NCBI GenBank assembly: GCA_040285825.1
Contig: JAUPSS010000007.1
Coordinates: 954,501 to 1,018,500, forward strand
Length of the DNA stretch: 64,000 nucleotides
Direction of reading: 5' to 3'
From: Eukaryota sp. TZLM1-RC
Taxonomy: Eukaryota > Protista > Metamonada: BaSk clade
The position numbers and the translations under genes are program-made. The notes under the pieces were generated by a model. That model ran no database searches. It was not told the DNA's origin and saw nothing but the letters and a program-made list of their open reading frames with translations. This document shows positions 32,832 to 45,149 of this stretch, piece by piece (positions within the stretch are counted from its first letter, which is position 1; each line of letters begins with the position of its first letter).

Positions 32832-34208
32832 GTTATTGTTTGTTGCCACGTCACCACTTGCTGTCAAGTTAGTGATTGTGTTTGTTTGATGTATAAATGT
32901 AGGTAAAATCAAGTGTTGGTATCTTGAAATAGTGTGTTGGTGACATCAGTTTTTGTAAATGTAACAAATGCTGATTCTGAAGTCATTTGCACTTCAACAT
33001 TTACCAACACCAAATATAAAATTTAATCTGCAAAATTCATTGAATTAGGACACGTATAATGTAGTATTCCTTTGTGAAAGTCAAAGTTATGGAGTTTAAA
33101 CTCAACTTAAAGTTGAGTGACAACACCAACAACACTAACATTTGGGTTAGGCTCCAGTCTAACTTTCCACTACTATTGGTTTGCTCCTTTTTCTTATTTC
33201 CATAGTGACCAAAGTAACAAAATAAAGATTTTCAAATTTGTGGTTAGTTTTCAGTGACTAGGATGAAATTCCAATGGGTTGTCTTGAACTCACTAAATGA
33301 AACCAAAATACGAGTACACATCATTTAATGTCCAAGTGATTTCTTCATTTTCTTTGGGTTTTCATCGGTTGAAGAAATTTAATAAATTGATACTTCAAAA
33401 AATTGGGATAATCCAGAAGTTTAACAGTTACTCAACCGCAATTTATAAAAATAACCGCAATGATGTAATTATTACCGGGGATGAAATTCCGTTCCACAAA
33501 TTGTTCCAAAATGTTACCAAAACCACATGTTTTTTGATCATTTGTAACTGTTTCGAGAAACTGTACTGACACAAGACAAAATCCATATAAAACTGTTTTC
33601 ACAGCCTTTATCAAAGGAGAGAAGTCTTTATGAAACGCTTAGATACTTCTTTGTATCCCTATCTCATCATCCTAATCAACTCACAACCTTACTAGAGAGA
33701 GAAGTGTTGGTGAAATACTTAGATACTTCTCTGATGTAATTATTACTGTGTGAATTTTCGATGAATTTCAAATGTTTAAAACTAATGAAACATCTTGCAT
33801 CATGTTTGTGAAAGATTGCACCAACTTAAAGTGTTAGTCATTTTTATCTGACATCCAAAGCAAACAAACAGTACAATTGATACTCCAAATATGTGGATAA
33901 TCTAGACTTTCAAATTTGTGGTTAGGTTTCAATGACTCGTTTGAAATTGCAATGGGTTCTCTTGAACTCACTGAATGAATCCAGAAGTTTACCAGCTACT
34001 CAACCACATGGTGAAACTATTGATATGTGAATTTTCCAGGAATTTCAACGGATTTCGACAACAAAAACATCCATAGTTATAGTTTGAACTGATATAAAGA
34101 TTAATGTCATCAAAGGTGCCAATGACTTCTTTTTCAATCTTACCCAATCGAATGTTGGAATGTTCAATTTGTTACTGTTTTTTATTGCGGTTAGACGATA
34201 TTAAACCC

Positions 34209-37200
34209 CTAAAGTTCATGTTCGGATATGTAATCCCTTATTAAATCCACAGACTGCAAGATATCGTCTGACATCATGTCCAAGAACTCTACCATTGTTG
34301 CTTCTTCTGCGGCTAACAATTTGAGCATGTTCCTGTAAACCAGAAGATAAGTGAATAACAAAGCCGTTACAAACACTATAATTAATACAGTCAAAGTAAC
34401 ACGAATTCTAAATATTTGACCAATAGAATATGTATGAGCGGCATCGGCTGAGTCTAATGCCAACTCTCTTGCTTGTTCTCCCAAGCTTAGAATCTTATGA
34501 AGGTCCTCACTGTAAGGGGAAATCGTTACTTCGTTTTCTCCTTCACAGAACCTCCGAGTTAGATACACAAAATGGTTGAGAAGGGCGTGGAGAGCGATGT
34601 TGCCGTTGTTGTTATGTTCGTTCGAGAAGTGGATCAAGGATTGTTGTGGATCATTCAAGACTCCTGAATTGAGAATTCTCTGATGCAAATCAATCAACTC
34701 AATGGACACTTCCTTGGCTCTTCGGAAGAAAGCTTTCTGCGCAATGAAATTGTTCATACCATAGGTAATTTGACCAGCAATATCAGTGATTAAATCTACT
34801 CTGAGAGCCGTTTGATGTAGCAGTAGAGGATAATTGCCTAACTGAGTAAATCCTACTAGTGAAACAATGTAAAATCCGGCAATGATTACAAAAATAGCTG
34901 CCAGAGAAAGAGCATAGTGTAGGGTAAACCGTTGCACTTCGCTAAAGTCCATCTTCTGATTAACGTGTTCATCCCATGATTTTGTTCTTGTGTTACCACC
35001 AATGACAAACAGAGTCACCCCCAAAAGCATGCTCGCTAAGCATAGTATAATAAGCAGACGTACGAAACGCGCTAAGCTATATATTTGTTTAACATCATCA
35101 TCCGAAACTTGAATAGTTCCTTCCAGTATGATGTCTCTCATTCTTGTTAAGCTTGATGAAATGCTCTCAGTGATTTTATGAATTTTTCGAGAGGATATAA
35201 CTGCCATTCCAAGACTCTGCCGCAATTCTTCTGATAGTGAAGAATCAGCAAAAGAGTTTGTGAGTGTAAAATTGTTATATAACAATGGAGCTTGGCCCTC
35301 TGAAAAATCATAGTAGAACTGATGGAGATTGCTCTGGTTGCACCAATTGAGAGAGATTTGGCCCGTAATGTTTACATAAAACTCAAACGAGGACAGCTGA
35401 GCTTGCAATTGTTTGGCGTCATCAATGATACGTGGAGCTACAAAGCCCTGAGAATCAATATTGGTAATTGCAGCAATGGTAAGCAGGAGAGAGTTGTAGT
35501 GCTCCTGGCCACTGGTCCAAACATTGCAATCTGATTCAAAGATAGAGACCTGGAATCTGCGCCAGGCTTCCTGAAATTGAAATTCTGCATCAACAACCAT
35601 CTTCAATAAATCAAAAGATCGTTCTGCAGCATCAAAAACACTGTTGACTTGGCTATTTCGATAAGAGGACGATAAAAGAATGAAGTGAAGAGTTCCTAGT
35701 AATATTATAGCCATAATGAAAAGCAGTGGAACACAACGTTTGTAACGCCTTGATGTCGGTCGCTGTGCAAGCGAAATCACCAGTAGAAGCAGTACAAGAA
35801 CCATGGAAACTCCCAATAACCCCCATGATGGTAGTATACGCTGTTTGATGCTATTTATCGTGGCTAAAACTTCCATTCTACCCGCATTAGCCAACCCCGC
35901 TGCAACATTCTCAATCTCATCATGAAGACCAACAGCTAAATCTGTCCATCTATCGTTGGTGAGAGTTTCATAAACAAGTTCCAACTGTGCGACTTTGCTT
36001 TTTTCCATGTCTTCATTCTTTGTTGAATAGAGCGTCACTTGTGGATACTTCAACCTCTTCTGCAAGTAATTGGTTTCAGCAATGAAATTGTAGTTGAACT
36101 GCTCAAATCTGTTGAGAAAAGCACTATCTGCTTGGTGAGCAAACGTGGCTATTGTTAATGCTATATCTTCAACGTATCTGAGCTCGTTATAGAGCGAGCA
36201 CGACTCACTTATTTGTTGAAGAACACTTGGTGTCAAATCTAAACTTAACAGATAGTGTAACAGGTCTTGTCTTCTACCAGATTGTACAACGTCCATGTAC
36301 TGATTGAGAAAGAATTCGTCCCCAAAAGCTGTGTACATTAGAGCAGAAGAGCTACTCTCCTTGTCAAGGTTGAGAATCTCTGACACTGCATTTCTAACAG
36401 ATTGTAGAATGACCACCCTACTGTTGATAAACTCTACATCTTTGGTGGTATGAAAAAAAGAATACATGAAGATTACAAGTGATAGCAACACAACTAGACC
36501 CACAATGACAAAGACCGAACGACACTGGGAAGGTGAATGTTCAATGTCCATGCTCTCTTTCTGTTCAACCACAGGCCTACTGTGATCTGACATGTCAAGT
36601 TCTATTGATCGTAATACGGAGTTATCAGAAGATTCAGACAGGGATTCTACATCATCACTGATAGAGTCCTCTTCATTGTGTGTTGCTTTTGATTTCTGTT
36701 TGGATATAAACTTTTCATCATTCAGGATTCTTTCAACTTCAGCTTTTGGAACATACAAAAACAAATTAAGGATACCACTTCGTTGTCGCGTTATCTTAGC
36801 AAACGAACGTCTGAAAAGCCCTAGAGCGATGAAGATAATGATCATCAATGCTGTGAGAATTGACAAAATTTGTTCAAATTGAGCACTCCTAAAAAACTCT
36901 GTTGAACTATCCAAAAAGTAGGAAGCTAGGCTAATCATGGCATTTGAAATAGCCTCAAGACTGCTCTGAACCCTAGATAATCCACCCAGTGTTACATTTT
37001 GTCCATTGAAAACAGCATGAGCAAGGAGTGAAGACTCTAGCGTATGACGAAGCCCAAGTTCAAAGGGACTAAAGGTACCTACACCAGCTTTAGGGGGAAT
37101 GAAATCGCGATCATAGACCACAGCATATCTTGGGTCTTGTAACAAGGCCTGTACCTGTGGAGAGGGCGGTTGCACATCGAAATCAATGCTTCGTTCGCAT

Positions 37201-39353
37201 AAATCGTACCCATCGTTAGTCACAGGGTGTGGAAGTGAAAGGCGTCGTACATGGAAATCTAGGTGGCGTGATTCTCTATCCAGTTGGTTGGCATATTGGG
37301 TAACATTTGCTTCAAGTCCCTGATGTAGAAACATCATGTTTGCTGTTAAATCCAGATAGCTGGCAAGATGAGTGATTCCATCAACCTCATACAACTGGTT
37401 GAGCCTGTGTGAAACGAGAGACAGAATGTTCGAAGATGTACTAAATGACCGGGCTGAGAGAGCTAGCAAGATGACCAAAGCCAACAGCACAGATCTATGA
37501 AGCACCTTTATTGCACTTTGCTTCTTCTTCGACCCAGCGCCTGCACGTTCAACTTGATCAATGTTGAGACTCTTTGACCTTCTTTTCAACTTTGCACTTC
37601 TCGAAACATTGAGAGAACCAGAGAAGGAAGAACCTTCATGACTTGAACCATTCTCTGAAGAAGCCATAAGTTGAGCTTGTTGTTCCCACTCCATGGCCAG
37701 CTCCTCATCACACTCAATTTCTCTAATGAATTTGGCATAAGACTTAAGAATTGGTTGTTGATCAATGTTTGTTTTCAACAGCTTATTGACTTGATTGTAA
37801 AACATTTCCTTCTTCTTTTGAACCTTTTTTAGAATGGCCAGCAGTTTGTTCAAGTCAGGTTCCTCTACAAGAAGCTGCTTCCAGAACAAGTGAAGTTCTT
37901 CCAAGCATTGGTCATGGTAAACTGACAGTTGCTTCTGTTGACGTTGAATACTGAGAAAACTTGAAGTGTCCATGGTTTGTCCAATGGAATTCTTTCTTCG
38001 CCGAACTTCCAACGTCTGTGTCAACTTGCCAACCCAACAATTTTGATGGAAATGAATATCTTTATCGAGTGTTTTGATAGAAGAAAGAATGGCAGATGCT
38101 GCCACTAGGTCATTGAAAAGATGTATTTCAATGTTAGCCTTCATACACATCATCTCAATTGATTCTGGAAAGAGATGCAAGGCCGAATCGTACAAGAGTT
38201 TAATGGTAGATTTGAACTCAGACTTATGCGGCTTGGGATCCAGGCAACGACTGAGGACATCCACTGAAAACACATTTGGTTTGGGAAAATGAAGCTTCAA
38301 CTCTTGTCCTCGCAGCAAATTATCATCAGCAACTACATTCTCCTTCTCTTCCAGCAGCCCTTGTTCATCATAGTGTGCATGGAGAGATAAAAGGATCTCC
38401 TCCAACTTTATGTATCTCCGGTGTGTCAAATAGTATCCACCAAGAACACCCAGTAGCATTAATGAGTAGTAGATAATTGAATCTGTCAGGACATTGTGTG
38501 GTAAGATGGTACCCAAAAGCGGTCTCACAAGGAACGCGAGTGACGTTCCAACCCACATTCCCTGCACCACATTGAAGAAAAGGTTTGCGTAACGGTTATA
38601 ATAGGGTAGACGTTTGGTGAATGATATGAATGTGACTACCGCACAACCAAAATAAAACACTCTAAATAACCATATTCGAGTGTGCAGGGAGAAGAAAACC
38701 AAGAGGAGTGCTACTTGGGAAATCCAAAACAGCAAATGACATGAGTTATGGGAACGACCGGCAAAGTGGTTGCTTGTAATGTCATCAAAGCCATTAACGC
38801 AAACCACTGCGAGGAAAGATATGAGTATCATTAATACCAACCCTATGGTGGAGACGATGCGGAGAAGAACAGTTGCAGGACCAGTACATTGTACGAGGCC
38901 TTCGATGAACGTAGGATCTGCAACAGAGATTGTTCTGCCACAAGGTATAAAGGAAGCAAACATTGAGATACCTGGAATTAGGAAAATGGTTGAAATAAGC
39001 AAAAGTACAAATGACAAAGTAGAGGACACCCATTGATGACTTTCAGGAGAGCATCTGAAGAGAAGAACTGAAAGAATTATGAGAAATGCACATCCTGAGA
39101 GCATGAAAACAGTCCGAAAAGTGGAAGGATGGGTGTCATATAAGGCAAGAGAAATGACATCAACTAATGGTTTAACATCAAATATGGGATGAAAATCTAT
39201 CCTTCTCAAAACAAAAGCGATGAGTTGAAGCAGTGATATGATTAAGAGGATAAACCCAAAGCTGTTGTTGATTGGATGTAAACTTTGTAGCCTTTTTGAA
39301 ACCCAATTGTGATGAGAGTGAGCCTTTGCATCGTGATGAGCTATTGATGACAT
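34209..39353 (-). CDS. Large multi-pass membrane protein, TmcB/TmcC (tiny macrocysts)-like, 1714 aa
   Basis: N-terminal TM cluster with LPYY; TPR-like region (FWKQLL, YAKFIREI..DEELA); repeated TM-extracellular-TM modules ending LFLYVPK and EE...EFLDMM. Confidence 0.72.
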   Translation of the reverse strand: MSSIAHHDAKAHSHHNWVSKRLQSLHPINNSFGFILLIISLLQLIAFVLRRIDFHPIFDVKPLVDVISLALYDTHPSTFRTVFMLSGCAFLIILSVLLFRCSPESHQWVSSTLSFVLLLISTIFLIPGISMFASFIPCGRTISVADPTFIEGLVQCTGPATVLLRIVSTIGLVLMILISFLAVVCVNGFDDITSNHFAGRSHNSCHLLFWISQVALLLVFFSLHTRIWLFRVFYFGCAVVTFISFTKRLPYYNRYANLFFNVVQGMWVGTSLAFLVRPLLGTILPHNVLTDSIIYYSLMLLGVLGGYYLTHRRYIKLEEILLSLHAHYDEQGLLEEKENVVADDNLLRGQELKLHFPKPNVFSVDVLSRCLDPKPHKSEFKSTIKLLYDSALHLFPESIEMMCMKANIEIHLFNDLVAASAILSSIKTLDKDIHFHQNCWVGKLTQTLEVRRRKNSIGQTMDTSSFLSIQRQQKQLSVYHDQCLEELHLFWKQLLVEEPDLNKLLAILKKVQKKKEMFYNQVNKLLKTNIDQQPILKSYAKFIREIECDEELAMEWEQQAQLMASSENGSSHEGSSFSGSLNVSRSAKLKRRSKSLNIDQVERAGAGSKKKQSAIKVLHRSVLLALVILLALSARSFSTSSNILSLVSHRLNQLYEVDGITHLASYLDLTANMMFLHQGLEANVTQYANQLDRESRHLDFHVRRLSLPHPVTNDGYDLCERSIDFDVQPPSPQVQALLQDPRYAVVYDRDFIPPKAGVGTFSPFELGLRHTLESSLLAHAVFNGQNVTLGGLSRVQSSLEAISNAMISLASYFLDSSTEFFRSAQFEQILSILTALMIIIFIALGLFRRSFAKITRQRSGILNLFLYVPKAEVERILNDEKFISKQKSKATHNEEDSISDDVESLSESSDNSVLRSIELDMSDHSRPVVEQKESMDIEHSPSQCRSVFVIVGLVVLLSLVIFMYSFFHTTKDVEFINSRVVILQSVRNAVSEILNLDKESSSSALMYTAFGDEFFLNQYMDVVQSGRRQDLLHYLLSLDLTPSVLQQISESCSLYNELRYVEDIALTIATFAHQADSAFLNRFEQFNYNFIAETNYLQKRLKYPQVTLYSTKNEDMEKSKVAQLELVYETLTNDRWTDLAVGLHDEIENVAAGLANAGRMEVLATINSIKQRILPSWGLLGVSMVLVLLLLVISLAQRPTSRRYKRCVPLLFIMAIILLGTLHFILLSSSYRNSQVNSVFDAAERSFDLLKMVVDAEFQFQEAWRRFQVSIFESDCNVWTSGQEHYNSLLLTIAAITNIDSQGFVAPRIIDDAKQLQAQLSSFEFYVNITGQISLNWCNQSNLHQFYYDFSEGQAPLLYNNFTLTNSFADSSLSEELRQSLGMAVISSRKIHKITESISSSLTRMRDIILEGTIQVSDDDVKQIYSLARFVRLLIILCLASMLLGVTLFVIGGNTRTKSWDEHVNQKMDFSEVQRFTLHYALSLAAIFVIIAGFYIVSLVGFTQLGNYPLLLHQTALRVDLITDIAGQITYGMNNFIAQKAFFRRAKEVSIELIDLHQRILNSGVLNDPQQSLIHFSNEHNNNGNIALHALLNHFVYLTRRFCEGENEVTISPYSEDLHKILSLGEQARELALDSADAAHTYSIGQIFRIRVTLTVLIIVFVTALLFTYLLVYRNMLKLLAAEEATMVEFLDMMSDDILQSVDLIRDYISEHEL

Positions 39354-39599
39354 TGATCACGACACAACTTGCCTCTTGAGGAGTGAACAAACTAGAAGAT
39401 TATCTACAGCATTGTTAGAGGCCCTCTACAGCAATGACATAATTTGATGGATGGGAAACTAATCAAATTAACAAAACTTTGTTTTTCTTGCCTAGTCTGT
39501 TAGAAATCAAAAACATTCAACAAATTCTAACATAATATATTCAATCACCCCCTTCAGAGTCAAATATCTTCCTCGAGAGGTTTTGGAATATAGTCCAAA

Positions 39600-40830
39600 A
39601 ACAGCACAAATGCACTTGATCTTGAGCAGTTACAGAAATTAATTCTTCCAAAAATTGTTCGTAAGTTATCTTTGAAAGGACGTTTTGGTTTCGCTAAACA
39701 ATGTTTGTATTCATCAGAACTTGCTGAATGTAATGAACACATTGTTGATCGGCTTAATGGTCTCTATGCTTTCAAAGATTTCAAGTGCCCCAAACCCAAT
39801 AATGTCAATTATTGGGAGCATAATGCCTCAACAAAAGATGTAATATTAAAATTAATTAACATTTTGCCCAATGTAAAAGCACCTACAGCTACAGTTGAGT
39901 GCCATGCATTCTCTCCCTGTGTTACCTCTTTTTCTCCCTCTTCCGTTACATCCCATCCTCCCTGTTCAATCACCATGGACCTTCCCTCTGGGGAAGCAAA
40001 TCTAACAAGACAAAGAATGTTCAGTGGTCTTATTCAATTTATCTTTTACGTGTATTTAAATTGACACATTTTGCGTAATTATTCATATGTTAAAGCAAGA
40101 TTTTGCAGCAAAACTAGTATAAGTAAAAGGGCAGTTCAATTTGCTCAAGAAGTCTTCAGGGCTCATTCAATTCAAATTAAGATGTTTTGGAAGGATCCGC
40201 CTGAGTCAACAAAAATATTTTAGTGATTTACAATGGCAATAACCCACTTCACTATTGAAGTTAATTTTAGGCGAAAACACTTTGGCCTAGATGATTTTGA
40301 TTTTGCCAATCTTACATGATTAAAAGAATTAATGGTGTTGGGTGATTACCTTGCTTCAGTAAGAATATGTGAAGGACAACTGCCTCAATCTATTGTTAGA
40401 TTGAAAGTTGTATCGATTCCTAACAATGGAGAAATACATTTACCAAACCTGAAGGAACTGATAATTTGTGGTATTGGTCATACCAATATCACTGAAGAAA
40501 ACTTTCCTTCTTTGAAATTCATTCAATTGTTTAGTTGTACTTCATTCTTTTTTGAACGCATACATACGTGAAAGGCTTCCCTAATCCCAACAAAATTCGT
40601 TAATCAAGGTTGAATTAAATCTGTTGAACTAATGTAGAATGAATATTTTGTTGAATTATCTTGTTGTCCATGGTGGACTCACTACCCACGTTGCAGAGAT
40701 GTGATTGAAATTTACCGTGACTATGTAGATGAAAGCAAAGTAAGTAAAGGAGTAAGCACCAAATGTTTCTGAAACGTCCCCTACACTTCCATGTTCTCCT
40801 ATTGGGGCCTTTCAACAATCACTTTCAGGC
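39600..40830 (+). pseudogene. Decayed LRR-like gene
   Basis: Fragmentary frames such as LPQSIVRLKV...HLPNLKELII...NFPSLKFIQL, with stops and frameshifts. Confidence 0.45.
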
Positions 40831-41059
40831 TTCAATTTGAGTTTAACGGCCGATTCTAGCTATAATTTGACGTTTTTGTCAAATGCAAATTTAAGCTTAA
40901 GTGATTTTACTTAGCAACGTTAGATAAAGAATCAATAAAAACAAAAATATTAGTTCATTCAAAAATTCAAAATGATTCAAATTTTCTCAGAAAAAACAGA
41001 ACAAAAATCAATTAAAGATAAGAAAATTATTTTAATATTTTTTTTTACTTAAATATGTA

Positions 41060-42606
41060 TTTATATAAAGAATCAAATAAAAACAAAACAAACTAAAACA
41101 CATAAGAAACTAAATTCTCCACGCCAACTCTTGATGAATCCTTATAAAGTTTAGACATCATTAAACTCAAGTACTTGGGAACACTTCTGTACAAAGCGAA
41201 AATGATACGATTTTTCCATAAATTCTCTGCAAAATTCTTACCACTTGAACGACATAAATTACCAAAATCATTGATGAAATTCAAGGCGGATTGTCCAATG
41301 TTGCCAAAAATCGAAAAGGCAAAAGGAACAAACGAAAACTTCGAATAAAGGTTCTTATTTAAATCATTTAATATCTCAGTATATTTATCTCTCTTACGAT
41401 CTTCAGCCTTGTTCAAATGACCATTAGTACTAAGTAAAACATCATCGCGATAAACCAAAGCAAAGGGATCAACTGTAGTGAAATCAACAACAACTTGAGA
41501 GGAATCCACAAAAGGAGCAATTAAATCACCTCGACGTGAATTAAAAAGATTATCATCACTATAATGCTTCAACAAAGGTTCTACTTTGCAACTAAAATTG
41601 TAACACTTGAACATCTCATATGTCACATCACGAACGGCATTATGAAGAACTGACCTATATTGGAGAAATTTCTTACAGCTCACAATATGACGAAAATTGG
41701 CAGTAGGTTTTTTGTTACAAATACAATAAGAATTGTCCAAAAGACCACTTGGATACATCCCTAATCTCAACCGCATGTTTTGTTTCCAAGCTTCATTTGT
41801 TAAGTGAAGACCAAATGGCCTTGGTTGCTGAGATATTAAACTAGTACAGTTCTGAATGTCTGATAAAAAGGCAGCAAAGACGGGATTATTAATCTTAGTC
41901 ACACTAAGTCGTTTAGAAAAATCCAGGTCTTCAAAACCAATAAGAACAGACTTCTGTAATTTCACAACAGCAAGATGAAGATTGGTGAAAGATCTCGAAG
42001 GCACAGTAGGCAAACTTGAAGGAAAACTCCTATTCCAAACATCAACAGGTAGTTCTTGCACCATTTTGTCAAGAGAAATTAATAAAGGATGTGATTCATT
42101 CAAAGGAATATGATCAAAACGAAGTTTCCATTCAAAAAGAAAATTTTTCATACCACCAATAAAAGCACTTTTGCATAAATACTCTGCTTTTGAAAAACCA
42201 ACTCCACCAAATTTAGGACTAAAAAATGCATGATAAGGAATTTTAGACGGACAAACTTCTACTAAATTTCCTAAGAAATTTGTTCTCAAAGTATTGAATT
42301 GACGTGCAAAATCATGAGAAATTGTGGGAGATAAAGAACGAAGAAGATGATTAATTTTTGATCCAAAACACACATTGAGGACCGAAAACGCTAAATGTTT
42401 GTCAATTTGTAGATCTTGAATAGCCAAAAGTTGCTCTTCGATTTTTTCCAAAATACCTGACAAAATCGATTTAACTTTTTCACTATTTCCAAAATAAGAT
42501 CCAAGAAACCGAATAGCATCTTCCCCGTAATCAACGTATTTGATAAAAGTTTCATTAAATGCCACCTCCGCATGCTGATTACCAATAATGAAACACTTGG
42601 GCAATT
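41060..42606 (-). mobile_element. 5'-truncated non-LTR family B copy with an uninterrupted 503-aa C-terminal ORF (RT end, Zn knuckle, RLE)
   Basis: IRFLGS, FGGVGF, CIC...RHIVSC...HNAVRD...EPLL...RRGDL...VVDFT..D...AE.RK..KY. Confidence 0.93.
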
Positions 42607-42639
42607 ATTTTAATATTATTTTAAATTATATTAGGATTT

Positions 42640-44070
42640 GTCTGTGTACAAACATTAAGCATAAGTTTGTTCATAGTGTTGTCAATAAACAGTATTGAAA
42701 ATCAAGATTCTTTTCCATAGCCAAACTAAGATTTCATTCCTCCAAATTTGAGCACTCAATACTTCAAGCAGTGTTGTTCAATTTTTGGGTTCAGTACTGA
42801 ACATCAATAATATTGATGATATTCCCCTCCAAGCTTTTAGATCGAATAATTACAGTGGTATTGGCCTAACTTGTTCATCCATTTCATCAAACCTTGAGTT
42901 CTCATGTTTAATCAAGAACTTTCTATTTGAGCTTGCTCTGGAATTTCCTTATCAATGGATTCATTTAGCAGATAATTCTACATCAGTTGCAATCAACTTT
43001 TTGCGTACTTTTCAAGACAATTGTTTGAATGACTTCTGCAAAACATTAGTTACTGCAAAAGTTGACTTTAGCTCACATGAAACTGAAGATTTACCAAATT
43101 GTTTAAACAAAAAAAATTGTTTAAAACAGTTCCGAAACTACAGAAGAAATTCATTGATCATTTAGAAGCAGAGTCATTGATCAACCAATTCAGCATGACT
43201 AACAACTCCGTGATTGATGTTTCTTTGACTTCTTTGTGTATTGTGAATTTGTTTCAAAATAGTTCATCTTGTTGGATACCTGAATTCGTCGCCGATCTGG
43301 ATTGTTGCTCTCAGATATGTCAATTTTAACAATCATGCGAAGCAGGCTTAATCTACCTTCTCCTCAATGTTTATCAGATGAAATGTAAATGTGGTGCTTA
43401 GGGTTCTTTTAATCACCTTATTTCTTGCTGTAACTTTACTCAAAGGAGATCAATTATCCACAATGCGGATCGTTATTGTATTTATGATCTGTAAAACCGT
43501 GCTCATCATCCAGTCCGATTAAAACCTCTGTTTGATGAATTAAGTTTCAGTTTGAGCCAAAAACAATATGATATCCAATGTGCTTGGTATTATGGAACTG
43601 AAGTAATTATCGATTGTACTACCGTGTCCATGAAAACGAAGTTCTAATTCTGACATACGACATTTACTCAATGTGGCAGACCTTTCCAAAAAATAAAAAT
43701 ACGAACTCCTTCTACAAAGTCTTAATAGAGCAAGAAACAGAGGAAACATTCATCTGAAATAAGAAGGGCCAATGATTATTGATGCTGTTAGGCAGATGAA
43801 AACACGAAGGTGTGAGAAAGAAATCTGGGTTTATTAATAAAACTGATTCATAAATGAGTATCACGCCATCAAACGTAATTCGAAGAAATCTATTAAATCA
43901 ATTTAAGTTCAACAACAACATTAGGAAATCCTCTCAATGAAAGTGGTCGTGTATTCGAATTTTTAGATTTGAACGAACAGAATTGTATTGTCGTTCTTCA
44001 AAGCCCTTCCTCGTTCCTCTAGCATCAAGAAAGGCTATGAAATCTTTTTATGACACCCTCGAACTCAATA
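42640..44070 (+). mobile_element. Degenerate non-LTR family F copy, interrupted by an LTR-B fragment
   Basis: YSGIGL, C.C....HL.SC, HNA, EPL-like and NRIV..FFKALP remnants. Confidence 0.6.
43736..43920 (-). mobile_element. Diverged LTR-B 5' LTR (43780-43920) plus the first ~45 nt of the internal region
   Basis: The reverse complement matches the LTR and ataat.attggcccttcttatttcagatg of the mini-element. Confidence 0.88.
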
Positions 44071-44074
44071 ATTA

Positions 44075-44220
44075 ATGTATTGCGTCGGTTCTTCAATTAA
44101 ATTAGAGATGCATTAACGAGACTGCAAGTAGATCAGGATTCTGTAGATGAAATTTTGGTCCATTGAATTTTGTCCCATTGGTTAAGAGTTAATTTTATTA
44201 AGTGTGCAAGTTCAATATAT
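44075..44220 (+). mobile_element. Non-LTR family A 3' end
   Basis: attagaga...gatcaggattctgtagatgaaattttggtccattga followed by ttaagtgtgcaa. Confidence 0.75.
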
Positions 44221-45149
44221 ATCAAATATATATAAATTATTATCAACTATCCGTATAAGTTAATTTTAAAAATCTTTGAATTCATCTTATGTGACGAGCA
44301 ACATAGGTTGATATTGTCTACTTCTATTCATGTCACAAAGAATCATCATTTATTTCGTACTCATCAATTCAAATATTATACGTTATAATGCCTGCTTCAC
44401 CAAGAGCATTCACCAAATCACAGCTTCTCCTCTGGACCACTTGTTCTCAAGAAAATTGTGATTTAAATTTAAATTGATGAAATTATGCTTTTGGATGATT
44501 CTGTAGAGTCAAATTGGTCTTTTTGTGCAAGTTTTCTGCAACAGCAAGCGGATAAATTTCCATTTTTGAGCTTCTCACAAATGTGGTCTAACGTAAACAC
44601 TTTAATTCATCGAGATGGTTGGGCTGACCAGATGAAATTCCATTGAATAATTTTGTAAATAAAATTAAACAATCTTCTATCGAAACAACCGCAGTTTTGA
44701 CATGATTTATCAAAGGACGTGAAAGACCTGCAGACTTTCCACTTTGGTTTTTTGATTGCTGAGCCTATTGATGCCATCAATAGATAACTTTCCCAAATAT
44801 TCCCCATAATAATTTCAATCTGTCAATGAATCTTCAAATGGGTGTAAGTTCTTCAGTATATCTGCAGTTTCTTGGTTTTTGGAAGCTCTGAAACCAGGAT
44901 ATACAATAGCTAAACAACTGGAATACTTGGGTTAAAGAAGCATTTATCTGCAGAAAGTTTGCTAAACTTTTCATATTTCACTTCTCTTGGTGCATCATTA
45001 GTTAAATCTACAGAATTTTAAACAAAATTTATTTCAAAAAAGCAAAAACCCAGAACGACAAAAACCGCAATTGCTGCAATTTTTTTACTTGGTACGACTG
45101 TTTGTTGGTTTTGCAACAACTTGATGAGAATTATTCATTAATTTTCCTT

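Noticed and set aside
32905-32930. U2 snRNA-like ATCAAGTGTTGGTATC
   Set aside because: Mismatch in the branch-pairing region and no U2 5' stem-loop.
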